NCBI GenBank assembly: GCA_035627655.1 | Contig: DASPLI010000001.1 | Span: forward strand, 195,355 to 259,354 | Direction: 5' to 3' | From: Minisyncoccota bacterium | GTDB taxonomy: Bacteria > Patescibacteriota > Minisyncoccia > Phycocordibacterales > Phycocordibacteraceae | Length of the DNA stretch: 64,000 nucleotides | In this document: positions 17,545 to 27,240 of the stretch, piece after piece | Position numbering within the stretch: position 1 is the first letter of the stretch | How the letters are laid out: every line of letters begins with the position of its first letter | Position numbers and translations under genes: made by a program | Notes under the pieces: model-generated | What the model saw: the letters and a program-made list of their open reading frames with translations, nothing else | Told to the model about the DNA's origin: nothing | The model's database searches: none

Positions 17545-18684
17545 GTGGCTCACAGGAGCCACTTTGTACTCGGAAGAAACGCCAGAAACACCCTTCACCT
17601 TCTTATCTTCGATTCCAAACAGACCCCGAAGTCCCGCGCCCATGGCGGATTCCGGGATACATACTGGGCGATTCTCGCGGTAACCATCGCGGGCATTGCT
17701 GTTACGGTCGTCTTCAGCGCCTTCCCCATTCCAGTCGGGGCGTTTTGGCCGTTTACGACGACGCGTGCCGCTGAAGAGGTTGAACCCGTCCTCCACGACA
17801 GCTCCCTCGCCCTCCTTGATCCTGCAACTAACCCTGATCCGAATCCGGCCAAGGGCGGCCTTCGCCTTGCTACGACGGAGAACTCCGCCCTCATTGCAGG
17901 CGCAAGTATCGAGGGCACTCTCCCCTCTTCTGCCTCGGTGGTTGGTGGTGGCGGGGGTGCGATTTCCCTCTACGAGGTTCGCGAAGGCGATTCCCTTTCA
18001 GATATTGCTGAAATGTTCGGCGTATCCGTAAACACCATTCTTTGGGCAAACGACCTTAAGAGTGCTTCCGATATTCACCCGGGCGATAACCTCCTCATCC
18101 TCCCGGTCTCAGGCGTGCAGCATAAGGTTGCGAAGGGTGATACGCTCGCGAAGATCGCAAAGAAGTACGATGCTGATCTTGAGGAAGTCGCGATCTATAA
18201 CGGTCTTGATACCGATGTAGCGCTTGCTGTTGGCGAGACGATTATCGTGCCGGGCGGAGACCACGTTGTTACCACCAAGTCTTCTACCTCTACCAAGAAG
18301 AGCAGTACCACTGCAAAGGCACTTCCGGCAGTCTCTGGCTACTTCGGCAACCCGGTTCCAGGCGGCCGCCTCACGCAGGGCGTGCACGGCAATAACGGTG
18401 TCGATATTGGCGCACCGTCTGGCACTCCTATTTATGCTTCAGCAAGCGGTACGATTATCGTTGCGAAGTCTGGCGGCGGATATAACGGCGGTTACGGAAA
18501 CTACATTGTTATTTCCCACGACAACGGTACGCAGACGCTCTACGCTCACATGTCCGGCCTTGCGGTGTCTGGTGGCGCAGTCGCAAAGGGTGATCTTATC
18601 GGCTACGTCGGCAACACCGGACGCTCGACGGGTAATCACCTCCACTTTGAGGTACGCGGTGCGCGAAACCCATTCGCAAACTAA
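17545..18684 (+). CDS. LysM-domain M23 family peptidase (cell-wall hydrolase)
   Basis: TM anchor, then two LysM repeats (YEVREGDSLSDIAEMFGVS..., HKVAKGDTLAKIAKKYDAD...). C-terminal M23 domain with GVDIGAPSGTPIYA...HLHFE. Confidence 0.75.
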   Translation: MAHRSHFVLGRNARNTLHLLIFDSKQTPKSRAHGGFRDTYWAILAVTIAGIAVTVVFSAFPIPVGAFWPFTTTRAAEEVEPVLHDSSLALLDPATNPDPNPAKGGLRLATTENSALIAGASIEGTLPSSASVVGGGGGAISLYEVREGDSLSDIAEMFGVSVNTILWANDLKSASDIHPGDNLLILPVSGVQHKVAKGDTLAKIAKKYDADLEEVAIYNGLDTDVALAVGETIIVPGGDHVVTTKSSTSTKKSSTTAKALPAVSGYFGNPVPGGRLTQGVHGNNGVDIGAPSGTPIYASASGTIIVAKSGGGYNGGYGNYIVISHDNGTQTLYAHMSGLAVSGGAVAKGDLIGYVGNTGRSTGNHLHFEVRGARNPFAN

Positions 18685-18685
18685 C

Positions 18686-18714
18686 AAAAAGCCCCGCACA
18701 CGCGGGGCTTTTTG
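18686..18714. terminator. bidirectional rho-independent terminator
   Basis: aaaaaGCCCCGCacacGCGGGGCttttt lies between the convergent M23 peptidase gene and the 18715-19629 gene. Confidence 0.7.
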
Positions 18715-19629
18715 TTAGGCTGCCTGCTTTTGCGGACCGCTCTCGCTTCGCCATACCTTCGTCTTTTCAACGATAGCCTGATGAATAGGGTCTTGGCGAT
18801 AGTCGGTGTCGTCTTTTGGATTCTTCCAGCTTTTCTCCGTCATACCAGCAAGCGCCGTCTGATAAATCGGATTGAGGCGTTTGAAGGCAGTTGCATACGC
18901 ATCAGCAAGCACTTCGTTTCCTTGCGATCGGGCAAGTGCTGCAAGCGCCCCGGTCTGCGTAACCAGCTGCTGCAGAATCAGAACGCGGAGTGGATGTTTA
19001 TCCGGCGTTATCGCAAGCTGTTCGCCGCTTTCGGCACGGCGCCAGAGTTGTGCGAGTTCTCGCGCATGATCTACTGACAGGCCGATAATGACGCGCGGTA
19101 CGCCCGTCAGCGCACGCTCTTCTCCGTCTGAGGAAAGGTAGTACTTCACTTTCGCACCCTCTCCGTGGGCAACCTTATCGCCAAGATCGGCAAGCTTTAC
19201 ATGTACCTTGTCGTAGCCGAAGGTTGCATCAATACCCACGCCTACCTGTGAAACCGGTTCATTCTCTTTGAGAATCTCAAGGATAAGGTCGACGCCGTTT
19301 ACAATATCGTCAAAGCGCGATGGCAGGACGGCGCTCGTCTGTTCACCAAGAAGCTTCTTCGTTCGCGTAAGCCACCACAGTCCGACTTCAAACACGCCAG
19401 CGATCGTAGACTCTTCGTTATTGTTCTGCATGGCAAATCGCTGGTCCATGCGCTTTGCGTAATCCGCATCCCGCTTCGCCTCTTCCGGCGGAACGCTTTT
19501 AAACTTTTCCGGATTGACCGCTCGGTGCTGTCGCCAGTAGAGCGCCCGCTGGTGTGCTTCACGGATAAAGCCGGTTGCGGCCCGGTCTGCCTTGTTTTCA
19601 AACTGTCGGAAACCTGGATCGTGTGCCAT
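18715..19629 (-). CDS. hypothetical protein
   Basis: 304-aa ORF with compositional periodicity consistent with coding and no recognised motifs. Flanked by a terminator and a divergent promoter region. Confidence 0.4.
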   Translation of the reverse strand: MAHDPGFRQFENKADRAATGFIREAHQRALYWRQHRAVNPEKFKSVPPEEAKRDADYAKRMDQRFAMQNNNEESTIAGVFEVGLWWLTRTKKLLGEQTSAVLPSRFDDIVNGVDLILEILKENEPVSQVGVGIDATFGYDKVHVKLADLGDKVAHGEGAKVKYYLSSDGEERALTGVPRVIIGLSVDHARELAQLWRRAESGEQLAITPDKHPLRVLILQQLVTQTGALAALARSQGNEVLADAYATAFKRLNPIYQTALAGMTEKSWKNPKDDTDYRQDPIHQAIVEKTKVWRSESGPQKQAA

Positions 19630-19712
19630 GGCACCCAGTATATACCCCGCTGCATCACCTCCCTTTCATAAGAAAAGGAGCTATACTGCCCCTATTCCTA
19701 AAACCGCAAATC

Positions 19713-20306
19713 ATGACCTACACCGCTAAAACCTTTGCACTTCCTGAGCTTAAGGGTCTCTCAAAGAAGCAGATTGACGTGCATCTTGCGCTCTACGAGG
19801 GCTACGTAAAGCACGTAAACCTTATCGTCGATACCATCCAGCGCTTGCGCGAAGAGGACGCTGAAAAGAACGCCTTTACCATCAATGAACTGCGCCGCCG
19901 CATGGGCTTTGAGTTTGATGGCATGCGCATGCATGAGTATTACTTCGAGCAGTTTGAGGGCGGACCATCTATCGCTGACCCGGAAGGATCACTCCGCAAA
20001 GCGGTTACGGAGAAATACGGCGGCTGGGATCAGTTCATCGCGCATATAAAGGAAGTAGCTGGTACGCGCGGCATTGGCTGGGTAGTCGTGTACTTCGACG
20101 TGCGTGGCGCAACGGTACACACGGCGTTCGTAAACGACCATGAGCTTGGACAGCTGTCCGGCCTCCCTATTCTGCTTGCAGTTGATCTGTGGGAGCACGC
20201 CTTTATGGTCGACTACGTTCCTGCCGAAAAGAAAAACTACGTCGAAGCGTTTCTTGAAAACGTGAATTGGACCGTCGTAGACCGCCGCCTCTCGGAAGCC
20301 CTGTAG
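19713..20306 (+). CDS. sodA: Fe/Mn superoxide dismutase
   Basis: N-terminal LPELKGLSKKQIDVHL...YEGYVKH and C-terminal DLWEHAF(Y)xxDY metal-ligand motif. Start trimmed to MTYTAKTF (ATG at 19713). Confidence 0.85.
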   Translation: MTYTAKTFALPELKGLSKKQIDVHLALYEGYVKHVNLIVDTIQRLREEDAEKNAFTINELRRRMGFEFDGMRMHEYYFEQFEGGPSIADPEGSLRKAVTEKYGGWDQFIAHIKEVAGTRGIGWVVVYFDVRGATVHTAFVNDHELGQLSGLPILLAVDLWEHAFMVDYVPAEKKNYVEAFLENVNWTVVDRRLSEAL

Positions 20307-21739
20307 CACCATACGCCAAGCGCTGCATATAGCGCCCCTACCACCCACAGCGGAAACGCCGGTAGTGCAAATACAGCAAGGGGAAGGTTTGCAGCGGTCG
20401 TTGTGACCATAATGATGTAAGAGAGGAGTGCGTAGGCAGGTAAACCAAACACTGGCGCAAGAAGCGGTACGAGCGCTCCTGCGATAAGTGCAAACAGCGA
20501 AAACAGCATCGCAACCGGCACGACTGGCAAGACGAGTATGTTTGCCGGTAGCGCAACGACTGAAAACAGGCCGTTTTGATAGAGCAGCAACGGCAGCACG
20601 GCGATTTGCGCTGCAATCGTTGAGGAAACGATTTCTCGCAAGAACGCACTCTTGATCCTCTGCAGCCGCTCCTCTACAAGTGGCGCGCCGAATATAAGAC
20701 CTAGCGTCGCAATAAAGGAGAGTTGGAATCCGGGATCAAAAGAAAGCGAGAGCGGGTTCCATACAACCATCAAGAAGCCCGCAAACAACAGCGCGCGAAA
20801 CGCGTTATATGTGCGTCCAGTTGCCCGTGCGTAGAGAGCTATGGCTGCCATGATGCCGGCGCGAACGCTTGCAGCTCCGGCGCCCGCGACCAGTACGAAG
20901 CCGACAATGGTGACCGCGGCAAATCGCACGGCCCATCGCTTTGATACGGACTGAAAGAAACGCAGTACGAATTCCGCCACGATCATGACGTTGTAGCCGG
21001 AGAGTACGACGATATGGACCAGGCCCGAACGAATGAAATCATCCAGGAGCTCGTTCCCGAGCCCCTGCTTCCCACCAAGAATGAGTCCTCCCGCAAGAGC
21101 GGCGGTTGGCTCTGGGAGCGCAGCGCTGAGCGAGGAAAGTCCGTAGCGCTTTACGTCTGAAAAGAAACCAAACACGTGTGCCGCTATACCCGAGCGCCCG
21201 CCTGTCACTTCTACATGGCCCTCTTCTATGAGGGCGAATACTCCCTCTTTTGCGAGAAATTGATCGTATCGAAAAGTCCGTCCCGTCTCTGTAGCAAACG
21301 GTTCGGGGCGCATAAGCATGCCGGCAGCCCGTACCTGTTCCCCGTATCGGACTTCGGGAAACAGTGGCGCAACTACCAGTACCCGCACCCCTTCTGTCTC
21401 CAGTATGAGTCGCTGGGATGATTCCCGTAGGTCAGGATCAGTCACAATCTTCCCTTCAAGCACGACATTTGTTCCGATCCGTTCTGTAAGCACATACGGG
21501 AGTTCGTGTGGCGCGAACGACATACGCACACATCCTATGGCAGCGCCAAGAAGACACACGCCAAGAATAAGGGCGGGCACATTGCGTCTAAACGCATACA
21601 GCGCACTCAATACTGCACCAACAATAATCAGGAACAAGACACCGCTCCACCCGAAGGAGTACACAGAATACAGCGCTACACCAAGCGCAAATCCAAGTAG
21701 GCCGGCGCCTACATATACGTCCATGAAACGATTGTACAA
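20237..21739 (-). CDS. comEC: ComEC/Rec2-family DNA internalisation channel (competence domain only, no MBL domain)
   Basis: Polytopic membrane protein with the competence-domain motif GLVHIVVLSGYNVMIVAEFV, compared with the canonical GLSHLLAISGLHVG. Its 3' end overlaps the sodA 3' end by 70 bp. Confidence 0.75.
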   Translation of the reverse strand: MYNRFMDVYVGAGLLGFALGVALYSVYSFGWSGVLFLIIVGAVLSALYAFRRNVPALILGVCLLGAAIGCVRMSFAPHELPYVLTERIGTNVVLEGKIVTDPDLRESSQRLILETEGVRVLVVAPLFPEVRYGEQVRAAGMLMRPEPFATETGRTFRYDQFLAKEGVFALIEEGHVEVTGGRSGIAAHVFGFFSDVKRYGLSSLSAALPEPTAALAGGLILGGKQGLGNELLDDFIRSGLVHIVVLSGYNVMIVAEFVLRFFQSVSKRWAVRFAAVTIVGFVLVAGAGAASVRAGIMAAIALYARATGRTYNAFRALLFAGFLMVVWNPLSLSFDPGFQLSFIATLGLIFGAPLVEERLQRIKSAFLREIVSSTIAAQIAVLPLLLYQNGLFSVVALPANILVLPVVPVAMLFSLFALIAGALVPLLAPVFGLPAYALLSYIIMVTTTAANLPLAVFALPAFPLWVVGALYAALGVWCYRASERRRSTTVQFTFSRNAST

Positions 21740-21751
21740 AGAAGAAGCCGC

Positions 21752-22174
21752 TTAGCGGCCTTTATCCATTGCTCGGTTGGCAAGCTCGTCCGCGTCCGCG
21801 TTTCGTTCGCGCGGTACGTGTTCAAACACAACCTGCGAAAATCCGCGCGCAAGGACATTGCGCACCTCAAGATAGCGAGGAATGAGGTTTGGGTGCTTTA
21901 CCTTGTATGCGCCGCGCAGCTGTTCGATTACGAGTTTTGAATCCATGCGCACCGTTACTTTGGCGTGCTTAAAGTATCCGTCCGGGTATGCAGCAAGAAG
22001 CGCCTTGAGTCCGCGAATCACCGCTTCGTATTCCGCGACGTTATTCGTCGTCTCTCCGAGGTAATCTGCCACCTCGACAACGCGCTTGCCGATGGCATCA
22101 AACACCACTGCTCCGGCGCCCGCTGGGCCGGGGTTCCCGCGGGCTCCCCCGTCGGCATAGAGCGTGAAATCCAT
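21752..22174 (-). CDS. rnhA: ribonuclease HI
   Basis: MDFTLYADGGARGNPGPAGAGAVVF...AEYEAVIRGL...D(134). Start trimmed to MDFTLY. Confidence 0.8.
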   Translation of the reverse strand: MDFTLYADGGARGNPGPAGAGAVVFDAIGKRVVEVADYLGETTNNVAEYEAVIRGLKALLAAYPDGYFKHAKVTVRMDSKLVIEQLRGAYKVKHPNLIPRYLEVRNVLARGFSQVVFEHVPRERNADADELANRAMDKGR

Positions 22175-22241
22175 AGGTCGAGTATAGCAATAAAGAAACA
22201 GCGCCGCGGTACGAACCGCGACGCTGTCATGAAAGAGCGTA

Positions 22242-22694
22242 TTACGCCGACCGACGCGCCTCGTCAATGCGCATCAGAGCTTCGCGCACGTTGCTGACGC
22301 CGATGATTTTGTGTTCGCGCGTCACGAGAAGCTGGCTGTACTTCGAAGGGTCGCCGCCATTCGCGCGAACGTCAATCGCCAGCTGCAGCGTTGAACGCGC
22401 AACCAGGATCTCCGTTAGCGGAAGGATGTTGTCGGCGACGTCCTGCTGGAACGCTTCGTACTGCGACCGCGAATCGGTCGCTTTGACGCGTTCGTGCGCG
22501 TTCAGCACGCATTGGTCCATGGCGGCGATCTGCAGAAGAATTCTGCGGCTCGCCTTGGACAGCGGTGCCAGAACGGCGTCGTCAGGCTTGGTGATCACCA
22601 ATCGATCGTTCGAGATCTCGGTAATCCCTTCTCGTTCCGGTCCTTGTTCGACGAAATCGTCGATGTTGAGACCAACTAACGATGTATAGGACAT
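22242..22694 (-). CDS. CBS-domain pair protein
   Basis: Two CBS-like repeats (…DNILPLTEILVARSTLQLAIDVRANGGD and …LLVTREHKIIGVSNVREALMRI). Confidence 0.4.
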   Translation of the reverse strand: MSYTSLVGLNIDDFVEQGPEREGITEISNDRLVITKPDDAVLAPLSKASRRILLQIAAMDQCVLNAHERVKATDSRSQYEAFQQDVADNILPLTEILVARSTLQLAIDVRANGGDPSKYSQLLVTREHKIIGVSNVREALMRIDEARRSA

Positions 22695-22756
22695 TTCCTA
22701 CTCCCTTGGGAACCTCACAGCGAGGTTACGCGAATATAGCACGAAATGTGGGATGA

Positions 22757-24487
22757 TCAATGAATCGCGACCAGTCGAAGCCGGACCGGGCGGCCGCGGG
22801 TAAATTGGTCTCGTTCAAGATACGCAAGTATGTTCACCAGCTTCCCCGCTGCCAGAGATTTCACTGACGGACCGAGCTCCCGTTTAGCGTAAAACGAAAT
22901 TGCGTCCAAGGAATCAAATCCGTCAGTAGTGAGGGTGAGTTTGATATGCTCCTCCGCTTTCCCAAACCAAGCGACATTAGAAAGTCGCACACCGCGAAGC
23001 GCAAAGACAGGCTTCTCATTTCCCATCCCGAATGGCGCTAGTCGCGAAAGTCGCTTCAAGAGCTCGTTCGTTGCTTCTGTCGTCGAGAGCTCAGCGTCCG
23101 CGCGGGTTTCTTCGATCGGGCTCCTTTCGGGAAGTGATGCATACGCTGCGCAGAGCCGTTCTTCGAGCGTAAATACTGCTTCGTCTATAAGAGTAAATCC
23201 ACCAGACGCTCGATGGCCGCCAAATTGCACGAACGTTTCATTAGCGCGCTCCATAAGCTCGATCACCGACACGTGAGGTACGCCCGCCCGGCAGGATCCT
23301 TTCAACGTCATGCCGCCTTCTCTTCCCCAAAGAAACACCGGACGTTCGAACTCTTCGGCGAGCGTGTTTGCCACGAGTCCCAAGAGTCCAGGACGCCAAT
23401 CAGGATCTCCAAGCGCAATAACGGCAGGCAGTTCACCTCGCTCGGCGATACGTTCGTGTGCTGCTCTCGTGATGGCTGCTGCCGTTGCTCGTCGCGACCG
23501 GTTGGCTTTTTCGAGTTCCTTTGCGAGCGTTTCTGCGCGCGTCTCGCTGTCAGTCGTAAACAGCTCGAATGCGTCTCGCGGATTCCCCATCCTGCTTGCT
23601 GCGTTCACGCGCGGCGCAAGCATAAAGCCAACATCTTCTTCGGTAATGAACCGTTGATTTACGCGCGCAACTTTTGCAAGCATCTGCAGGCCTAGGCGGG
23701 GCGATTTTCGCATGACCAGGAGACCGTATTTTGCGATGACGCGATTCTCTCCGATGAGAGGCACCATGTCGGCGATCGTCGCGAACCCTGCCATATCAAG
23801 CAGCCACTTCTCCCAACCAAGCGGGATATCGTCACGTCCAGCAAAACCGTGGGCGAGTACGCCGCACACCAGCTTCCACGCCAGTCCGGCACCGCAAAAC
23901 TCCTTAAAGGGATAGGTTTCTTCAGTGCGCGCCTTGGGGTCGATGATTGCGTAGGCATTTGGAAGCATCTCCCCTGGCAAGTGATGATCCGTTACGATGA
24001 CATCGATGCCGAGCTCGGTCGCGCGAGCAATTGCCTCATTATCGGTAATGCCGCAGTCGACGGTGATGAGAAGCGTCGTCCCTTCATAGGCAAGTTTCTC
24101 GACACCAGATACGTTCACACCAAACCCCTCCTCATGCCGGTGCGGAATGTAGTTGGTGAAGTTTGCTCCTGTCTTTTGTAGAAAATCGTGAAGAATCACG
24201 CCGCCAGGGATACCGTCACAGTCATAATCGCTCCACACGGTGATTCGCTCGTTTGATTCAATCGCTCGTGCGATACGCGCTGCCGCTTTCGGCATATCAA
24301 GTATCTGCAGTGGGTCACCCACATGGTCGTCGTACGAAGGATCAAGAAATGCCGCAGCCTGTTCCCGCGAGGTAATGCCTCTGCGGGCAAGCAGCGCTGC
24401 CGTCAGGTCGTCAAATTCACGCAACGCTTCGCGCACGTTAGGATCGATCGGTTCATGGAGGAGAAACATGTCTGGCGATTGTAACAA
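22757..24487 (-). CDS. recJ: single-stranded-DNA-specific exonuclease RecJ
   Basis: DHH motifs ITVWSDYDCDGIPGG and DVIVTDHHLPGE, followed by a DHHA1-type C-terminal region. Confidence 0.8.
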   Translation of the reverse strand: MLQSPDMFLLHEPIDPNVREALREFDDLTAALLARRGITSREQAAAFLDPSYDDHVGDPLQILDMPKAAARIARAIESNERITVWSDYDCDGIPGGVILHDFLQKTGANFTNYIPHRHEEGFGVNVSGVEKLAYEGTTLLITVDCGITDNEAIARATELGIDVIVTDHHLPGEMLPNAYAIIDPKARTEETYPFKEFCGAGLAWKLVCGVLAHGFAGRDDIPLGWEKWLLDMAGFATIADMVPLIGENRVIAKYGLLVMRKSPRLGLQMLAKVARVNQRFITEEDVGFMLAPRVNAASRMGNPRDAFELFTTDSETRAETLAKELEKANRSRRATAAAITRAAHERIAERGELPAVIALGDPDWRPGLLGLVANTLAEEFERPVFLWGREGGMTLKGSCRAGVPHVSVIELMERANETFVQFGGHRASGGFTLIDEAVFTLEERLCAAYASLPERSPIEETRADAELSTTEATNELLKRLSRLAPFGMGNEKPVFALRGVRLSNVAWFGKAEEHIKLTLTTDGFDSLDAISFYAKRELGPSVKSLAAGKLVNILAYLERDQFTRGRPVRLRLVAIH

Positions 24488-24507
24488 AAATCGGTATCCT
24501 TGCCTGT

Positions 24508-24897
24508 ATGGTAGACACTATTTTCACGAAAATTATCAAACGTGAGCTTCCCGCGGAGATTCTGTATGAAGATGAAGAGATCATCGCGATACTGAACCGC
24601 TTCCCTAACATGGAGGGAGAAACACTCGTCATAACAAAAGAACAAATCGACTACCTATTTGATTTAGACGACGAGCTGTATGCCAAGCTCATGCTCGTGA
24701 CGAAGAAGGTTGCAAAGGCGCTTGATGCCACGTTCAAGCCGATTCGCACCTGTATTGTGATTGAAGGTCTTGAGGTCCCCCACGTACACGTGCGTCTCTA
24801 TCCGCTGGTCCAGGGTCCGCTCACCATTCACTCAGGCCCTATGAAGACCGACGACGAACTGAAAGCGGTTGCTGACCGCATTCGCCCGAATCTCTAG
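24508..24897 (+). CDS. HIT-family hydrolase
   Basis: FTKIIKRELPAEILYEDEEIIAILNRFPNMEGETLVITK and histidine triad VPHVHVRLYP. Confidence 0.75.
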   Translation: MVDTIFTKIIKRELPAEILYEDEEIIAILNRFPNMEGETLVITKEQIDYLFDLDDELYAKLMLVTKKVAKALDATFKPIRTCIVIEGLEVPHVHVRLYPLVQGPLTIHSGPMKTDDELKAVADRIRPNL

Positions 24898-26027
24898 GAG
24901 AGCACCTCAAGCCCGGGCAGTGTGCCGTAGGAGAGGTAGTCAAGCATGGCACCGCCGCCAGTCGACAAGAACGCGCGTTCACCGGCAAACCCGAAGTCAG
25001 AGAGCGCGGCAACCGTATCTCCTCCGCCAATGACGGAGCGAGCGTTCGATGCAGTAAGCGCGCGTGAAAGGGTGCGTGTTGCGTCAGTAAAACCGTCTTC
25101 GTATTTCCCAAGCGGACCATTCCACAGCACCGTCTTGGCTTTCATAATGAGATCTACCAGTGCCTCGGTTGTGTGCGGTCCAACATCGAGCACCATTTCA
25201 TCCGTCTGAATACCATCCGGCTTTGCTTCGCGGGCCTGGTCACGCTTCTCTCCCCGTTTTGCAACGACTACGTCAACGGGCGTCAGCAGTTTTGGACTTC
25301 TGAGCAGTTCCTTGATTGCCGGGTTTTGATCGTGCGAGGTAAGCGAAGCGCCGACGGCATAGCCTCGTGCTTTGAGAAAATCGTTTGCAAGCGCACCACC
25401 AACAAATACGTGATCGTACAACTCCAATAGACGGCGCAGCACCGGCTCTTTCGTTGAAAACTTCGCGCCGCCGATGATTGCCAGCGAAGGATCTTTCGGG
25501 GAAAGCGCTTGTGAGAGGTGTGCAATCTCTGCCTCGAGCGTTAGGCCGGCATACGATGGCAGCAGTGCCGGCACGCCAACGACGGAGGCATGTTCTCGGT
25601 GGCAGACATCAAACGAGTCCTGAACAAATACATCGGCAAGCATAGCGAGTTCTTTTGCAAATTCGGGATCGTTTGCTTCCTCGCCGCGGTTTCGGCGTAG
25701 GTTTTCAAGCATAAGCACGCCGCCGGGCGGTAGTTCTCGTATTGCGGCACGCGCCTGTGCTCCAACGGAAACAGGACACCAGACAAGGTTTGGGATCCAC
25801 TCGCGCATCGCCTCGTACATGGGCGCAAGCGTTTCCGTACCGGTACCCGTGATGTGGCTTATGAGAATGACGCGCGCGTATCGTTCTTTCAGAAACTGAA
25901 TCGTTGGAAGTGCGCTTTGCAACCGGAAGGTGTCGGACACCTTCCCTGCCTGCACAGGAACATTGAGCGAGGTGCGTACGAGCACCGGAATATTCTCAAG
26001 AATTTCAATGTCGTGAATTCCACGCAT
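24894..26027 (-). CDS. pgk: phosphoglycerate kinase
   Basis: Conserved PGK segments (VILISHITG...ENLRRNRGEEANDPEFAKELAMLADVFVQDSFDVCHREHASVVG...GGGDT). Confidence 0.85.
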   Translation of the reverse strand: MRGIHDIEILENIPVLVRTSLNVPVQAGKVSDTFRLQSALPTIQFLKERYARVILISHITGTGTETLAPMYEAMREWIPNLVWCPVSVGAQARAAIRELPPGGVLMLENLRRNRGEEANDPEFAKELAMLADVFVQDSFDVCHREHASVVGVPALLPSYAGLTLEAEIAHLSQALSPKDPSLAIIGGAKFSTKEPVLRRLLELYDHVFVGGALANDFLKARGYAVGASLTSHDQNPAIKELLRSPKLLTPVDVVVAKRGEKRDQAREAKPDGIQTDEMVLDVGPHTTEALVDLIMKAKTVLWNGPLGKYEDGFTDATRTLSRALTASNARSVIGGGDTVAALSDFGFAGERAFLSTGGGAMLDYLSYGTLPGLEVLS

Positions 26028-26030
26028 GCG

Positions 26031-26783
26031 TTAGGCAAGCGCTTTGACGAGTGCGGGAAACATTCCCGGATCGACGCTTGCATGTCCTACCAAAAACCCG
26101 TCAACACCGCTGCCGCCAGCAAGGCCGCGGATATTTGCTGGCTCTACCGCCGCGCCATAGAGGATCGTTGCCTTGGTTGCAGACTTTCCTGGCAAGTACT
26201 CGCTCAATACTTTTCGTATATAGAGCACCATTTCTGCAAGGTCCTGCGAGCTGATCGCGCTTTCCGCATGCTTGCCGATTGCCCAAACCGGTTCATACGC
26301 GATTACAACACCAAGGCGTTCCTTCGGAGAGAGTGTTGAGAACACGCTCGTGAGCTGCTGCTTGAGTTCCCCAAGATACTGCGCGTCTTCATCCCGCTGT
26401 TTTTCACCAATACACAGAATAGGAATGAGGCCGTTTACGAGTGCACGTTTTATTTTTTCCGCGACAACAGTGTCCGTCTCCCCTTTCGCGCGGCGTTCTG
26501 AGTGACCGACAAGCACATACGTAGCTCCAATATTACGAAGCGCTGCTCCGGTTACTTCGCCGGTTGCGTTTCCAACCGTCGTGTCAGAAATGTCTTGTGC
26601 GGCAAACAGTACGCGGGAGCGGTTTCCTGGCGCAAGCATGCCGAGGTACGGAGCTGGCGGTGCAAGCACGATACGGACGCGTCGTGTAGAGGAGAGGCGT
26701 TTGGCGGTTGCAAGTAACTTCTTCGCTTCTTCTCGACTCTCTACGTACGCTTTCCAGTTAGCAACAATGAGCATAGGCTCCAT
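26031..26783 (-). CDS. tpiA: triosephosphate isomerase
   Basis: IVANWKAY...VGHSERR...AYEPVWAIG...GGSV motifs. Confidence 0.85.
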   Translation of the reverse strand: MEPMLIVANWKAYVESREEAKKLLATAKRLSSTRRVRIVLAPPAPYLGMLAPGNRSRVLFAAQDISDTTVGNATGEVTGAALRNIGATYVLVGHSERRAKGETDTVVAEKIKRALVNGLIPILCIGEKQRDEDAQYLGELKQQLTSVFSTLSPKERLGVVIAYEPVWAIGKHAESAISSQDLAEMVLYIRKVLSEYLPGKSATKATILYGAAVEPANIRGLAGGSGVDGFLVGHASVDPGMFPALVKALA

Positions 26784-26808
26784 GATACCAGGTGCGTGAG
26801 AGTCGCAA

Positions 26809-26837
26809 TTGACATATATATGTAAATATGTTTATAT
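26809..26837 (+). promoter_or_regulatory. sigma70-like promoter (TTGACA, 17 bp spacer, TTATAT) in AT-rich (TA)n palindromic divergent region
   Basis: ttgacaTATATATGTAAATATGTttatat sits upstream of RBS TAAGGAGG (26858-26865) and the ATG at 26870. The same region may carry the divergent tpiA promoter. Confidence 0.4.
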
Positions 26838-26869
26838 ATATGCAGGACCGGCAACAGTAAGGAGGCCCT

Positions 26870-27199
26870 ATGTCGGCTGATACTCGTATCGTGATCATCA
26901 AACAGGTGGCCGGGGGCGCCTTCGCGGGTGTCCTGCAGGCGACGGAATGCCTCGTCGACGACGAGCAGACCGCACGTGCGCACTACGCGCGCCACCACAT
27001 CGATCACGCGTTTGAAACGCTTCCCGATGGACCCGTCATCGGTCTCGTGCGCTACGCCTCGTTTGAGGCGGCGCTCGAAGCCATTCCTCAGATTGAGGAG
27101 TGGTACAACCGTAGCGGGTACATCGAGTACGAGAATCCGCTCGTCGTCGAGTGGAACGGAGAGGATGTGCGCAAGCTATCCCCTACCTCGTACAGCTAA
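26870..27199 (+). CDS. hypothetical protein
   Basis: 109 aa. Strong RBS and a promoter-like element upstream, terminator downstream. Confidence 0.45.
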   Translation: MSADTRIVIIKQVAGGAFAGVLQATECLVDDEQTARAHYARHHIDHAFETLPDGPVIGLVRYASFEAALEAIPQIEEWYNRSGYIEYENPLVVEWNGEDVRKLSPTSYS

Positions 27200-27206
27200 G
27201 TTCTAC

Positions 27207-27238
27207 TGCTGCCGGCGCCTCTTGCGCCGGCAGTTTTA
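27207..27238. terminator. bidirectional rho-independent terminator
   Basis: CTGCCGGCGCctcttGCGCCGGCAGtttta. Confidence 0.6.
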
Positions 27239-27240
27239 CG

